Shown here piece by piece: positions 16,256 to 26,400 of a stretch of 45,008 nucleotides of DNA (position 1 is the first letter of the stretch; each line of letters opens with the position of its first letter). Location: positions 1 through 45,008 of IMG/VR virus record IMGVR_UViG_3300038492_000072; one strand, written 5' to 3'. The DNA is from a virus. Lineage: Duplodnaviria; Caudoviricetes. The notes beneath the pieces were generated by a model. That model made no database searches. It had not been told where the DNA came from and saw only the letters and a program-made list of their open reading frames with translations. The position numbers were made by a program, and so were the translations under genes.

Positions 16256-16758
16256 TTGATATTAGTATGTTTGAACGCATGACGGATGCGGACCGCCATA
16301 AAGCAGTTCGCATCCTGGGTTCGGTACGAGAACCCGATTTCACTATCGCACCGGACGGGAGACCATATCTCTATCGCTGGCATGTAATACCACGGAACGA
16401 TTTTGCAAACGTGTATCTTCACATGCAGGTTGCTAGTGATCCCGAACGTCCGCTTCACGACCACCCGTGGGACAACCAAACAGTCGTCTTGTCTGGTGGA
16501 TATGCTGAACGTGTAGGACATTTTCATGGGGCTTATGCTTTCACACGACATCTTAGAGCGGGTGACGTGCAGGCCCGGAAAGCCGAAGAACCGCACCGCC
16601 TTGTTTTGCCGGATGATATTCCGTACACCCTCACATTGTTTACTACCGGTCCCAAGCGTCGTAAGTGGGGTTTCTGGTTCCCCGACGGCTGGCGGGAAAG
16701 TAGTAAAGTTATCATTGACCAACCCGACGGCACGTCGGTATTTAAAGGAGATGCCTAA
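16252..16758 (+). CDS. Cupin-fold protein
   Basis: PYLYRW, NVYLH, LHDHPW, GGYAE, HRL, TLFTTGP..R.WGF. Confidence 0.8.
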   Translation: MIDISMFERMTDADRHKAVRILGSVREPDFTIAPDGRPYLYRWHVIPRNDFANVYLHMQVASDPERPLHDHPWDNQTVVLSGGYAERVGHFHGAYAFTRHLRAGDVQARKAEEPHRLVLPDDIPYTLTLFTTGPKRRKWGFWFPDGWRESSKVIIDQPDGTSVFKGDA

Positions 16759-17153
16759 TGCAAGAATTAAAACCGCCCCCCATGCCAGGAGATGTTTTAG
16801 GACCGGCGCGGCCGGTTGAAGCAGACCCCAGCGGTAAGAAACCGTTTGAACCGGGGGCCAAGCTCGATGCTGGTAAGTCCCCTGTCAGGCGAGGGCTGTT
16901 AGAATATTTCCCCCGCGCCTGTATAGCCGTGGCGAACGTGTCGGCCTTTGGCGCGAGCAAGTATGCCTGGAATGGCTGGGAGACCGTTGATAATGGGGTT
17001 GATCGCTACGGGGATGCAGGTGCCCGACACATTTGTAAGGCCGCTATAGAAGGCCCTATGGACAGTGACAGTGACCTAGATCATGCAGCACATGAGGCAT
17101 GGAATGCACTGGCCCGGCTGGAATTGATCTTGCGCGAGCGGGAAAAGGTCTGA
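16758..17153 (+). CDS. dATP/dGTP diphosphohydrolase-like (DUF5664)
   Basis: GAKLDAGK, FGASKYAWNGW, RY.DA..RH, D.DS.L.H.AH.AWNAL. Confidence 0.85.
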   Translation: MQELKPPPMPGDVLGPARPVEADPSGKKPFEPGAKLDAGKSPVRRGLLEYFPRACIAVANVSAFGASKYAWNGWETVDNGVDRYGDAGARHICKAAIEGPMDSDSDLDHAAHEAWNALARLELILREREKV

Positions 17154-17165
17154 TATACTGACCCT

Positions 17166-17429
17166 ATGCAACCGCAACAAACCATAGTCGAGACAGCGGC
17201 AAAGAATGGGGGCGACATGACAGCTTTTGTCGCCTCTATTTTTGCTGCCTGGATGAGCAACCCAGCCTCAGCCTTTGTATGGCTGGCGACGGCTGTGTGG
17301 TTGTTCTATCGTGCTTTGGATATACGCCAGTCGTGGATCAACAAGCGGCTGGACGAAAAGTTAAAACGATTGGAGATTGAAGACCATGAGCGAGTTCAAG
17401 AAGGCACTAGACCTGATATTCAAGCTTGA
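17166..17429 (+). CDS. Putative holin/antiholin-like membrane protein
   Basis: Hydrophobic N-half, charged C-terminus, directly upstream of the lysin. Confidence 0.55.
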   Translation: MQPQQTIVETAAKNGGDMTAFVASIFAAWMSNPASAFVWLATAVWLFYRALDIRQSWINKRLDEKLKRLEIEDHERVQEGTRPDIQA

Positions 17430-17874
17430 AGGTTACGACACCGTAACCAATGACCCCGACGACCCTGGTGGGTTAACCAAGTGGGGTATCAGCAAGCGAG
17501 CCCACCCCGAAGTTGATGTTGAAAACCTGACGCGCGAGGGGGCGGGACAAATCTACCACAGAGACTACTGGGAAATGGCAAGTTGCGACCGGCTGCCGTG
17601 GCCCCTCAACCTGTTCGTTTTCGACGCGGCGGTCAACCAGGGTGTCATCCCGGCTAAGAAAATGCTCCAGGCCGCTACAGGGCGCACAGCAGCCGACGGC
17701 ATATTCGGGCCGAAGACTATGGCCGCGATTGCCCACTGGCCCTCAGACGAACTAGCAGCACGCTTTATGGCTAAGCGAGCGCTCCGGTATGTGGGCACCC
17801 GCAACTTTGACAAGTATGGGTATGGCTGGCTCAAGCGCCTCGCCCTGGTAGCGATGCAGGCTCACGATGGTTAA
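17386..17874 (+). CDS. Endolysin, glycoside hydrolase family 108
   Basis: EGY...NDPDDPGGLTKWGIS, FDAAVNQG, DGIFGPKT, YGYGWLKR. Confidence 0.93.
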   Translation: MSEFKKALDLIFKLEGYDTVTNDPDDPGGLTKWGISKRAHPEVDVENLTREGAGQIYHRDYWEMASCDRLPWPLNLFVFDAAVNQGVIPAKKMLQAATGRTAADGIFGPKTMAAIAHWPSDELAARFMAKRALRYVGTRNFDKYGYGWLKRLALVAMQAHDG

Positions 17875-18148
17875 AAAAGATCAAATGCGCCGGACCACTT
17901 GGGAGGATTTCAAACGGTCCAAGTGGTATAACGAACCCAAGAGCAAAGACTATCACACGGTTGTGATGCCTATGCCGGATGACACACCCCTGCCCGGCAA
18001 ACATGTGGCTAAGACCATGATAGACCAGCTTGGACACTTGCCGCTGGCGGAAGCGCGCCTAAAGAATGCGCAGTTTGAAGTCGAAACATGCGACCAAACG
18101 AAAATAAAGGCGCTCGTCGGCCGCATTAAACGGTGGAAAGGAGAATAG
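17867..18148 (+). CDS. Hypothetical protein
   Basis: Overlaps the lysin stop and fills the operon. Confidence 0.6.
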   Translation: MVKKDQMRRTTWEDFKRSKWYNEPKSKDYHTVVMPMPDDTPLPGKHVAKTMIDQLGHLPLAEARLKNAQFEVETCDQTKIKALVGRIKRWKGE

Positions 18149-18150
18149 CG

Positions 18151-18363
18151 ATGACCGAATATCAAGTGACACATCTGACAGACGAACTCTCTGTAGGCGC
18201 GATGCAAAAAGCACTAGATATGTCAGGTCTAGCTATGAGGCGACATGGGGCTTCCCATGCTGAAATCAACTTAGCAACGGTTGTCATCCATAAAGATGAA
18301 ACCTTAAGACGGCGCCCATGGAACATTGTCATAACTGCCACCATACAAAACTTTATAGGTTAG
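18151..18363 (+). CDS. Hypothetical protein
   Basis: SD AAGGAG. Confidence 0.6.
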   Translation: MTEYQVTHLTDELSVGAMQKALDMSGLAMRRHGASHAEINLATVVIHKDETLRRRPWNIVITATIQNFIG

Positions 18364-18373
18364 GACCATAGAC

Positions 18374-18763
18374 ATGGACCCACTCACAGCAATTCTAAAC
18401 GTCGGCGGTAAGCTGATCGACCGGATCATCCCCGATGAAGCGGCGCGCGCTGCGGCCAAGGTAAAGCTGGTCGAAATGCACTTGGCCGGAGAGCTAGAGG
18501 TTATCCGAAATCAGGCGGGTATCATAACGGCTGAGGCAAGCGGCGAGAGTTGGCTGCAACGCAACTGGCGCCCTATCACCATGCTATCGTTCCTCGGCCT
18601 TCTGTGGGCTTACTGGCTGGGCCAGGCGCCCGATTATGTGGTTGAAAACCCGGACGTGGTTGCCCAAGTGTTTGACCTCTTGAAAATTGGTATCGGTGGG
18701 TATATAGTCGGCCGTTCCGTCGAGAAGACAGCGAAGACCTGGAAAGTGAACGGGGGCGCATAG
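18374..18763 (+). CDS. Holin (3TM, GTA-holin-like)
   Basis: GKLIDRIIPD...IITAEA.GESWLQRNWRP...GIGGYIVGRSVEK. Confidence 0.85.
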   Translation: MDPLTAILNVGGKLIDRIIPDEAARAAAKVKLVEMHLAGELEVIRNQAGIITAEASGESWLQRNWRPITMLSFLGLLWAYWLGQAPDYVVENPDVVAQVFDLLKIGIGGYIVGRSVEKTAKTWKVNGGA

Positions 18764-18836
18764 AAGGGCCTGCACCGGACCGATAAACCGGAGTGGCAAG
18801 CCAAACGCGGGGTGCAAATCCTCGTCGCCTCCACCA
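18752..18836 (+). ncRNA. tRNA-like RNA 1 (G3-U70 acceptor, long variable arm, non-canonical)
   Basis: Acceptor GGGGGCG/CGCCTCC-A-CCA; T-arm CGGGG-TGCAAAT-CCTCG; CCGG/CCGG arm with GAT in the loop; GGC-AA-GCC arm. Confidence 0.65.
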
Positions 18837-18837
18837 T

Positions 18838-18906
18838 GAGGGGTTCATCTAATAAAGACTTGGTGGTTACACCAGAATGCAGGTGCAAATCCTGCACCCC
18901 TCACCA
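18838..18906 (+). ncRNA. tRNA-like RNA 2 (no canonical anticodon loop)
   Basis: Acceptor GAGGGGT/ACCCCTC-A-CCA; T-arm GCAGG-TGCAAAT-CCTGC; anticodon arm TGGTG-GTTA-CACCA. Confidence 0.7.
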
Positions 18907-18907
18907 C

Positions 18908-19915
18908 CTACACCCCATTAAGGCGCTCGCAAAACGCTTCGGTTTGCTCCCACCATTCCGACATTTCACCGTAGTCGGTGCTCCATGTGGTGTCAAAGGA
19001 TATGGTCCAGATAATTAAGCCGTCCGCGTACCGATTAGCCATTTCTAACACTAGCGCCCATTCATCCCGAGTGACCAACCGGTACTGACCAGCGCCGATA
19101 GGAACCCTGGTTGATGCGTACATGTACACCGGCTTCTGATAAATGCGGGCCTCTTGTAAAGAGTATTCCATGAACCGACGATTGAGAGCTACCGAAAACC
19201 CATTGACTATATAGCCGCAAGCAGGAGCCACAAAATCTAACTCATTGACTAAAGACTGTAGGGCTAAGTTCCGTGTACGTAAATTATAGGCCCCATCATT
19301 GACGTAAGCATCATGAACTGGTCCACGATTGTAGTAGCCAAGTTCTACACCGTGGTTTTGGACATACGACCGAATGTCTTTAATGGCGTCGATATATTTT
19401 TGTGTTTCCGTCTCTAGGTCCCAACTCTCAATGTCAACTACAAACGGCCGGTCAGTTGTCGGGGGGTCCGCAGTTAAAGAGGCCAGGGCTTTGGTTGAAT
19501 TGTAAGTACTACTTGGAGTATTCGGATTATCACAAAACCGGTCTTCATACATGATCTTCAACGGCCTAAATCCGAACACGGATAAGTCAGGCTTGTCTTG
19601 AATTTGTATGTTGTCAAACAGTTTTAATTTGTGCATTTTCGTAGGTGGGCTTGCCCGGTGTGCAGCCAAAGCCGGTATTTCACTATAGGCTTTAGTCGCG
19701 CCGGTAAACGAGTGTGTAACACCGTCGACCTCTATCACTTCCCCGTTGGCGAGTATTTCCCGAACATAGCCAACACAATGTACTAGGTCGTTTGCACACC
19801 GGGCGGGAACTGCCCACCCACCAGTGTCAACCTCCATCGGCTGCAACCCATGGCCAGGGGAAGTGACGCCACGGATGAAATTTGCTTCGGTTTCGGTTAT
19901 ACGTATGACAAGCAT
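18908..19915 (-). CDS. Putative virion-associated glycoside hydrolase/depolymerase (TIM-barrel-like)
   Basis: TAATG-coupled start. VVDIESW, LGYY, LDFVAP, KPVY and ADGLIIW patterns resemble GH56/hyaluronidase-like barrels. Last gene of the late operon. Confidence 0.5.
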   Translation of the reverse strand: MLVIRITETEANFIRGVTSPGHGLQPMEVDTGGWAVPARCANDLVHCVGYVREILANGEVIEVDGVTHSFTGATKAYSEIPALAAHRASPPTKMHKLKLFDNIQIQDKPDLSVFGFRPLKIMYEDRFCDNPNTPSSTYNSTKALASLTADPPTTDRPFVVDIESWDLETETQKYIDAIKDIRSYVQNHGVELGYYNRGPVHDAYVNDGAYNLRTRNLALQSLVNELDFVAPACGYIVNGFSVALNRRFMEYSLQEARIYQKPVYMYASTRVPIGAGQYRLVTRDEWALVLEMANRYADGLIIWTISFDTTWSTDYGEMSEWWEQTEAFCERLNGV

Positions 19916-20738
19916 TATTGTGCCCCCATCCCAGTCAAGTAAGCAAGTGCGATTGCATTTAGTTGGCCGTGTTCGGCTTCGGTCAGCGTTTCTCCTACCC
20001 AAGCGAATGCCACTCGGCCGGACGAATAGAGCGATGATGTGCGCAGTAAAACAACTGTCCCTGTTGGCAAACTGCTCCAGTCGGCAACCTGACTTGGGGT
20101 TAAAGCCTGACCGTCCTGATAACCAGTTGGAATATTCTCTGATCCGTCAACGCTAAACGACCGGGCTCCCAATTGGGTTGCAGTATTCAGTTCACAGATT
20201 GTTTGGTCAACAGTACCACCCAACCAATAGGTTGCCCGATCTGGTGAGGTAAACTGATACGGGAGTATTGTTGCTGCCACGATGTTATGGATACCAATAG
20301 ACGGGTCCGCCACTTGAGTTGTCGGAGTGTCGTGATCGTTTATGTAAGCGTACATGGACAAATTAGTTGTTGATATGCCTGCTAAACTTCCCAGTGTGGT
20401 TCCACTGTCTAAGTGGGCAGACACGTCATCGCCTTTGAACCCTCGATCAGTCGTGAATGTGGGAGAGTTTACAGCCGTTAAGGTGTTGCTGCCAGGGGTT
20501 TTCCAGTTCAAACGTCCTGCTTGCTCATCATGAGCCGCACACCCATAAATCAACCGGCCCTTGTCCCAAATACCAGCCGTCACTAAGCCGTCGATTGCCG
20601 TGTTGTACAAATCCTGTCGGCTAGAATTTGGCTGCACAGACATCGCCGCGAACAGCGTTTCTGATTGTTCTAGCACACCAAACCCGGCCAAGTTGACCAA
20701 ATTTGCAGGACCATTTATTAGATTAGATTAGATGTCAT
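19915..20738 (-). pseudogene. Tail/virion accessory protein, out of frame within (CTAAT)3
   Basis: SD GAGGG plus ATG20738 reads MTSNLI-stop. With two repeat units it reads MTSNLINGPANLVNLAGFG... into ORF 20700..19915. Confidence 0.65.
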
Positions 20739-20750
20739 GGTTTTACCCTC

Positions 20751-21545
20751 TTAGTTTTCCACTAAAACGAAATCAATCGACCCATAAAATTGAAGGTTGT
20801 TTTCGGTTGACGACACGATCACTTCTAGGTCAGCCGGACCAGCAACCGGCCTTGGTTGAACCGGCTCATCAATCAATTGCAAAACGCCCGTGTCAAATGT
20901 CCGCTCATAAATCTGCCCGCGAACTCCGGTTTCAAACAACCGACGCAAAATGCGGACATTGACCACTGGGTCTTGACCACCAGCGTCTTTAACAGCATTC
21001 CAGAATAGGCCAGTGAACAATAGTGTTTTGTTTGCAGGTACAGCGATCACCAATTGTTGGGTAAACCCATGACCGGCTGGGATGCTGCCTTGGACAGTAG
21101 CGTCGGTAGTTGCAGTTGCGGTAATAGTTCCTTCATTCATTTCAGAACTGCCAGCCGTCACAACCACCATTCGATTGATTCTAAGAAACGTCTGTATGGT
21201 GACTACTGGTGTAGTCCCGTTCATTGTTATGGTTTCTTCGACTTCTAGGAAGTTTTCATCAACACCTTGTATTAAAACGGTCCGAGCCCCGGTGTCCCCA
21301 GAAGCATCATCCGCATCCGAAGAAACCACACTCATGGTCCGGGCAGTTGTCAAATAGGAAATGCGGCCGCCAGGAGCCCAAGCTGTTTCCGCAGCCGAAC
21401 TATCTATATCTATATCTTGGTTAAACCCGAATTTTTGGTCTAACGTCCGCCCACGGACATTCCCTAGAGCCATTTCTATATAAGGGCTGTGTGATAGGGG
21501 TTTGCCCCTGACATCATAAAGTTGCTTGTTTACACTATCAGTCAT
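20751..21545 (-). CDS. Putative virion structural protein
   Basis: Thr/Val-rich beta protein (KFGFNQDID, TGARTVLIQG, FLRINRM) in the tail region. Confidence 0.75.
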   Translation of the reverse strand: MTDSVNKQLYDVRGKPLSHSPYIEMALGNVRGRTLDQKFGFNQDIDIDSSAAETAWAPGGRISYLTTARTMSVVSSDADDASGDTGARTVLIQGVDENFLEVEETITMNGTTPVVTIQTFLRINRMVVVTAGSSEMNEGTITATATTDATVQGSIPAGHGFTQQLVIAVPANKTLLFTGLFWNAVKDAGGQDPVVNVRILRRLFETGVRGQIYERTFDTGVLQLIDEPVQPRPVAGPADLEVIVSSTENNLQFYGSIDFVLVEN

Positions 21546-21548
21546 GGC

Positions 21549-22235
21549 TTAACTCGTTGTTATGATTTCCATCGCAAACCACGTTTGTGTGGCGTCGATT
21601 GTAGTCGAAGTGTCCGAACTCTCGTACCTCAATTCGAAATAATCACCCTCGGACACATTCAAGACGGGGCTGCAACACGACAGGGATGCTTCTGTGAACT
21701 CGCCGTCTGCACGAGCATCCCCCGACAGGCCGATGTAGTCCCGGCTCCCATTTTTCCAAATCTCGATTGCAGCAGACAAAGCGGCTGCCACGCCCGTTGC
21801 GCGCACTCCGCCTAACACCCGAACCTGGGTCACGTCAGCAGGAACGGTGAGACGGCTGTTGTTCGTGACGGTGTCATGTATGCTGGCGTTATCATATTGT
21901 TCCTCATCAAACCCAATGATGGTCCCTGACGAGTGGTTGCCGGTGTCGTCCGTCGTCATGTTGACTAGGGCGCCAGAGAAAGAACCCCCGCCTCCCCCGC
22001 CGCCGCTGGCGTCTTGCCAACTCACGTCATAGTCGTCACCACTGTCTTTGGTCAGAACTTGGCCGGTGTCACCTCCAGCCGGTACAAGCCGATTGCTTTC
22101 GACAGCCGCCGTTTGTAATTCGCTAACAGACAACATTTCAACCGGGCCGTCGCCAGGAGACAGGCGGCCTAGAAAAGTATTCTGACGCAAGGGGGTCCGT
22201 ATACCCCGTATTCTCCGGTCGTCTCTATTAGCCAT
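21549..22235 (-). CDS. Tail fibre/receptor-binding protein with C1q-like C-terminus
   Basis: VPAGGDTGQVLTKDSGDDYDVSW fibre motif, poly-Gly linker, FDEEQYD...SRLTVP...GDYFEL. Confidence 0.75.
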   Translation of the reverse strand: MANRDDRRIRGIRTPLRQNTFLGRLSPGDGPVEMLSVSELQTAAVESNRLVPAGGDTGQVLTKDSGDDYDVSWQDASGGGGGGGSFSGALVNMTTDDTGNHSSGTIIGFDEEQYDNASIHDTVTNNSRLTVPADVTQVRVLGGVRATGVAAALSAAIEIWKNGSRDYIGLSGDARADGEFTEASLSCCSPVLNVSEGDYFELRYESSDTSTTIDATQTWFAMEIITTS

Positions 22236-23452
22236 TAGCCCACCAATCGCCCTGCAAACCACGTCAACATGTCAGTGCCGCTACCCAGAATGTCAGACGT
22301 GTCGCCGCCTTCGCCCGTCACGGTGACGCGCACGGACGCAGTTTCGGATGTTTCCATCTTTGCGTTAGTGACAGACCACGGGATGGTGAGAACAGTTGAC
22401 ACGTCGACCGCCCCACCAGCTTGCCGGTATAATTCATAGGTGCGGTTAGTGGTCACAAGCTCAACCAAAACCTCAGTAGCCGAACCAACAGCCGACAGTT
22501 TCACCGCGCCCGAGTAATCATAATAACCTTCCTTCGGAGCCGTATGCACACCGGTCGACGTGTTGAAGTCGGCTCCGATGTCATGTACCTCAGCATTGAA
22601 GACGACAGTATAAGCCGTGCCGTCGCCCGTCACATTAGATATGCCGGATGCGTTGACATAGGCCAAGAAGCCGACTTGGTTCGGTTGCAATATTTGCTGG
22701 TCCGCGTCAATCGTCATGGCTTCATTGCCCCCGGTGCTAAACCGCATTTGGTCAGTGCCGGGCCGAGTGATGTTTGTATTGGTGTCAGCCGCGAACGCGA
22801 GCGTGTCGGGCAACAGCCCGCCAAAATCAGCCGCGAGTTGGGTCATAGTGCGGTTCACCCACGCACCAGCCTTGCGTTGAATGATGTCATCATTCGCTGG
22901 CGAAAGTGCGGCGATTGCAGCCAGGTCCGCGTCCAGTGTGCCAAGCTCAGCCTGGATAGTGGCGATAGCCTTTAGTTCCGGCTGCCCCGTTGTGGCGTTG
23001 AAGAACAAGTAAAAATCCTTCCGACCAACCGGCGCAGCCAGTTCGTTCACTCCGGCTGGGTCTGTTATCGGAACCCGGATACAAGCCTTGATGCGGTCTT
23101 CAAGGGTCTGCACTTGGCGTGCCACCTTGTCCACCATAGCTTCGACATTAGACCCCAGAAACGTTGCACTGTTGGCTATGTCATCTTGTTGCTCAAAGTC
23201 CGCGTCAGGGTACAGGAGCACCGTGTAGCCACTGGCCGGAGCGGTTGTGAAGGTGACAGTCGGGATGTTCGTGTCTGCGTCCAAAGTGACGGTGTAGTCG
23301 GTGTTTAGGGTTTGAACGGTTAACGACAAGTCACTATCCAATTGCAATACCACCCCCAGTTCATCGGCGGCGTTCACACTGAATGCGGGCGTGAAAGCTG
23401 TGGTGCTTCCATCACCGGATGCGGTGTATCGGGTTCCTGTTGCCACTGTCAT
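22235..23452 (-). CDS. Tail fibre protein (T7 gp17-like N-terminal anchor, C1q-like C-terminus)
   Basis: GDGSTTAF..F...LNTDYTV...VE...DK...QVQ.L anchor; FNTSTGVHTAPKEGYY in the C-terminal domain. Confidence 0.85.
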   Translation of the reverse strand: MTVATGTRYTASGDGSTTAFTPAFSVNAADELGVVLQLDSDLSLTVQTLNTDYTVTLDADTNIPTVTFTTAPASGYTVLLYPDADFEQQDDIANSATFLGSNVEAMVDKVARQVQTLEDRIKACIRVPITDPAGVNELAAPVGRKDFYLFFNATTGQPELKAIATIQAELGTLDADLAAIAALSPANDDIIQRKAGAWVNRTMTQLAADFGGLLPDTLAFAADTNTNITRPGTDQMRFSTGGNEAMTIDADQQILQPNQVGFLAYVNASGISNVTGDGTAYTVVFNAEVHDIGADFNTSTGVHTAPKEGYYDYSGAVKLSAVGSATEVLVELVTTNRTYELYRQAGGAVDVSTVLTIPWSVTNAKMETSETASVRVTVTGEGGDTSDILGSGTDMLTWFAGRLVG

Positions 23453-26400
23453 TGGTCATCCTCCTTGCGGATTTCGGCAAATTCCTCGTTGAAAAATTCG
23501 GCATAGTCTATCATCTCATAGGTCAGGCTGTCGATAAGTTGTCGCTTTTCCGCTGCCGACATGTCAGGATCGTAGTGGACCCCATGGATCACCGTCTGAA
23601 TTTCTGACAGGGCCGTGCGGACGGGGGCCGTCTTTATAATTAACCCACCAAACTGTGTCGCCAGCCGGTCCGCCTCATCAAACTTACTTTGTTCTTCAAG
23701 TTTTTTGATGGTGCGCTTTATCTGATCGACCCGGTTAGCATTCTCATAAAATGCAGTCAGGTGTCCTTGCGCGGCCGGGACGCGGGTAAAGAAAGCTTTG
23801 ACGACTGGGATGTCAGCGAGCGTGGCTTCGGGCTTCTCCACTACGTCTTGACCGAGCGCTTTTTGTGCAGCCCGAACCCCTTTGTCAACTAACCCAACAG
23901 CAAACACACCGGTCGTGCCGCCCCAGCTACGGATGTAGTGGTCCATAGCTATAGGCGTGCGGTAGCGTTCATTTACGACGCCTCCAGCATATCGACCTGT
24001 TAGCTTGGCCAATTGCTTGGCGGTGTCGGACGTGTACGGAGTGTAGCGGTATTCTGGCAGGACACTCTCTTGCGCACGAGAAACGAGCGGCTTACCAGTA
24101 AACATGTTGTGGTTCGTGCCAATCTCCAGAAACGGGGAGATAGCGACAGGGGTTGCAGTTGTCAGCGGGTTAAGGCTGGCTACAATTTCCTCCCCAATGT
24201 CTTGAACTACATCGGGGTTGTCTTTCGAATAGCTGTCTAAAACGGTTGTCGGCACATAGCCAAACCAAGTCCCAAACTGTTGCGGCATGGGGATGCGCAT
24301 GATCGTTGGGTCTTTTTTCGTGCCGACGTTGAAGTGCCAAAACAGGGCCTTCTCCCAGTCGTCGATACCTTTGTACCAATCTTCTTCGTGGTTCGCCCAC
24401 CACAGTAGGATGGAAGGCAAGGTTACGAATGCTGCCGCCTTCATAGCAGTTCCACGAGGGTCACGTTTAAAGGCGCCTACCGCACGGTCCATACCGTTGA
24501 TCGTAGCACCCAACCAAGCGGATACCATATTCAGTGCACGGATGTTGGCACCCATGCGATAGAAGTCAAGGGACACGTCTCGTGAACGTAAGGCCGCAGT
24601 CTGGTCACTCTTACCCGCCTTCTGACTGCGGATAAACTGCCCCACCCGCATGGAGTTTTCCAAGCCGGTCGACATATACGCTGCCAAGCGATATGGAGAC
24701 GTTGCCACATTCCAAGCTTGTGTTTTTAAATTCTGGTGAACCTGGTCGTCAAGTGCGCCTTTGGAAAGTACACGCTGATCGAAATCTAGTAGCGCTGAGT
24801 TAGCACCACCATTGTTCACCCACTGTACGTATTTCTCACTATGCGCCCCTTTGAGAACGTGTTTCATACCGATGATTGCATCATACACCGGAACCACTTT
24901 GAAGCTGTTCATGAGCAAGGATGACATGTTGTCCCGAACAAATGACTTAGCCATGAACTCGGGAAACAGCACCGTACCGGAGCGCAGCATCGCCGACGGG
25001 ACCTTACCCATTTTAATCAGCCAATTTGTACTGCTCGCATCAAGTGACTGGAGCGACAGAATGAGGCGCGGGTCTTTGGCTTTATAGATGACAGGATTGC
25101 CGTCTTCAAACACAATGAACTCGTTCTTATCAAGCCGCTTGTGTGCAGCCCGGTAAACATGCATACCCGTTAAATCATCCGGGCCAAGTCCATTTTCCTC
25201 CATGAAGTTTTTAAGTTCGGTGTCGCTATCCGCCAACTTCTTGAGTTCGTTCCGGCGCTTCGGAAACCCAACCTCTTGGCCGGGGACCACTTCAAAGTCA
25301 GTGTATTCCGGCCCTTTCGGGACAGCCGGTTCTTTCGGGGTGACGCGCTCAAGGAATTGATTGTCCGGGTCCAGACTATTATTGAAGTCTACCACACGTT
25401 TCCGGGCGAGATTGTTCTCCGCCAATTGTTCCATGGTGTACCGGTTCTTAACGATTACGTCCAATGGGTTAAGTATCGGACGGTCTGACCCTTTTATTTT
25501 CTTTACAGGGTTGCGAACCGGCAGGCCACGAACGCTCGCGCCCGCTGGCGGCAAACCATCATCCATCAATCGCATGAACGGCACATAGTCCATGTTCTGT
25601 CGGATCATGCTTTCAGCCCGGTCTTTAGACATGAGGCCGCTGCGCACCAGTCGCTCCACCCCACTGTCTAACCATCCCTGGAGTTTAACTTCCTGCGTCT
25701 CAAAATCTGATCGACGATTATCCACACGACCAATATTCTCAACAGTGTTGCGAGCGCCGTCGACATCAAAACCCGTCTCAATTCCTTGCCCGTCTTTCTC
25801 AACCACCCTCTTAGCAACGAGATACGCAAGGAAGTCTTCGGCGTTTCCTTTGCCGACCCCTTCAACAATTTCTTTGAGGCTGTCCCCAACTTTCTGCCCT
25901 TTGTCATTGAACACCCCACCTTTTAGGGCGAGGTCCGCTTTTGCATGTGCGCCTGCCGCTAGCCGGGCGAGTTCACCAGGGTTGCTTTCAATGCTCAGTG
26001 TGCGTCCGGTCTCTGCTTTGTGCGCGCGAGCAGACTGCGACACCGCATGTTGCAGGTCGTTGATAAAAGCATAGCGGAAATCATCGAAGTCGGGTAGACC
26101 CTTCTTTTCCGGTACATCTACTATCCGGTCTTTAATTGCCTCAACGTCGTCGTCCAAATCCCGCAGCCGTTTCATTTCCGGGTCTTCGGGCGCCGCTAAC
26201 TTTTTTGGTTCCTCGCCGCCTTCCGCCGAAGGTTTTTTAGCAGGAGGCGGAGGCTCTTTACCACCGCCGCTGCCGCCCGGCTTCGCCGCAAGAACAATAG
26301 CACTATGGGTAGTGTCAGCATTTTTCGCTGCCTCCACGTCAGAAGTCGAAGGGTTAAAAATAAGTTCGTCGCCATCAATGAAGACAACATCACCATCAAC

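Noticed and set aside
16758-17153. Z-base or 7-deazaguanine DNA modification pathway
   Set aside because: DUF5664 alone is common; no PurZ, Que/Dpd or transferase genes were recognised.
18752-18906. Canonical tRNA-Ile(GAT), suppressor tRNA(TTA) or full tmRNA
   Set aside because: Anticodon loops and T-loops are non-canonical and there is no tag reading frame; kept only as tRNA-like.
18908-23452. BPP-1-like diversity-generating retroelement in the tail region
   Set aside because: No reverse transcriptase ORF, and no template/variable repeat pair was seen by eye.
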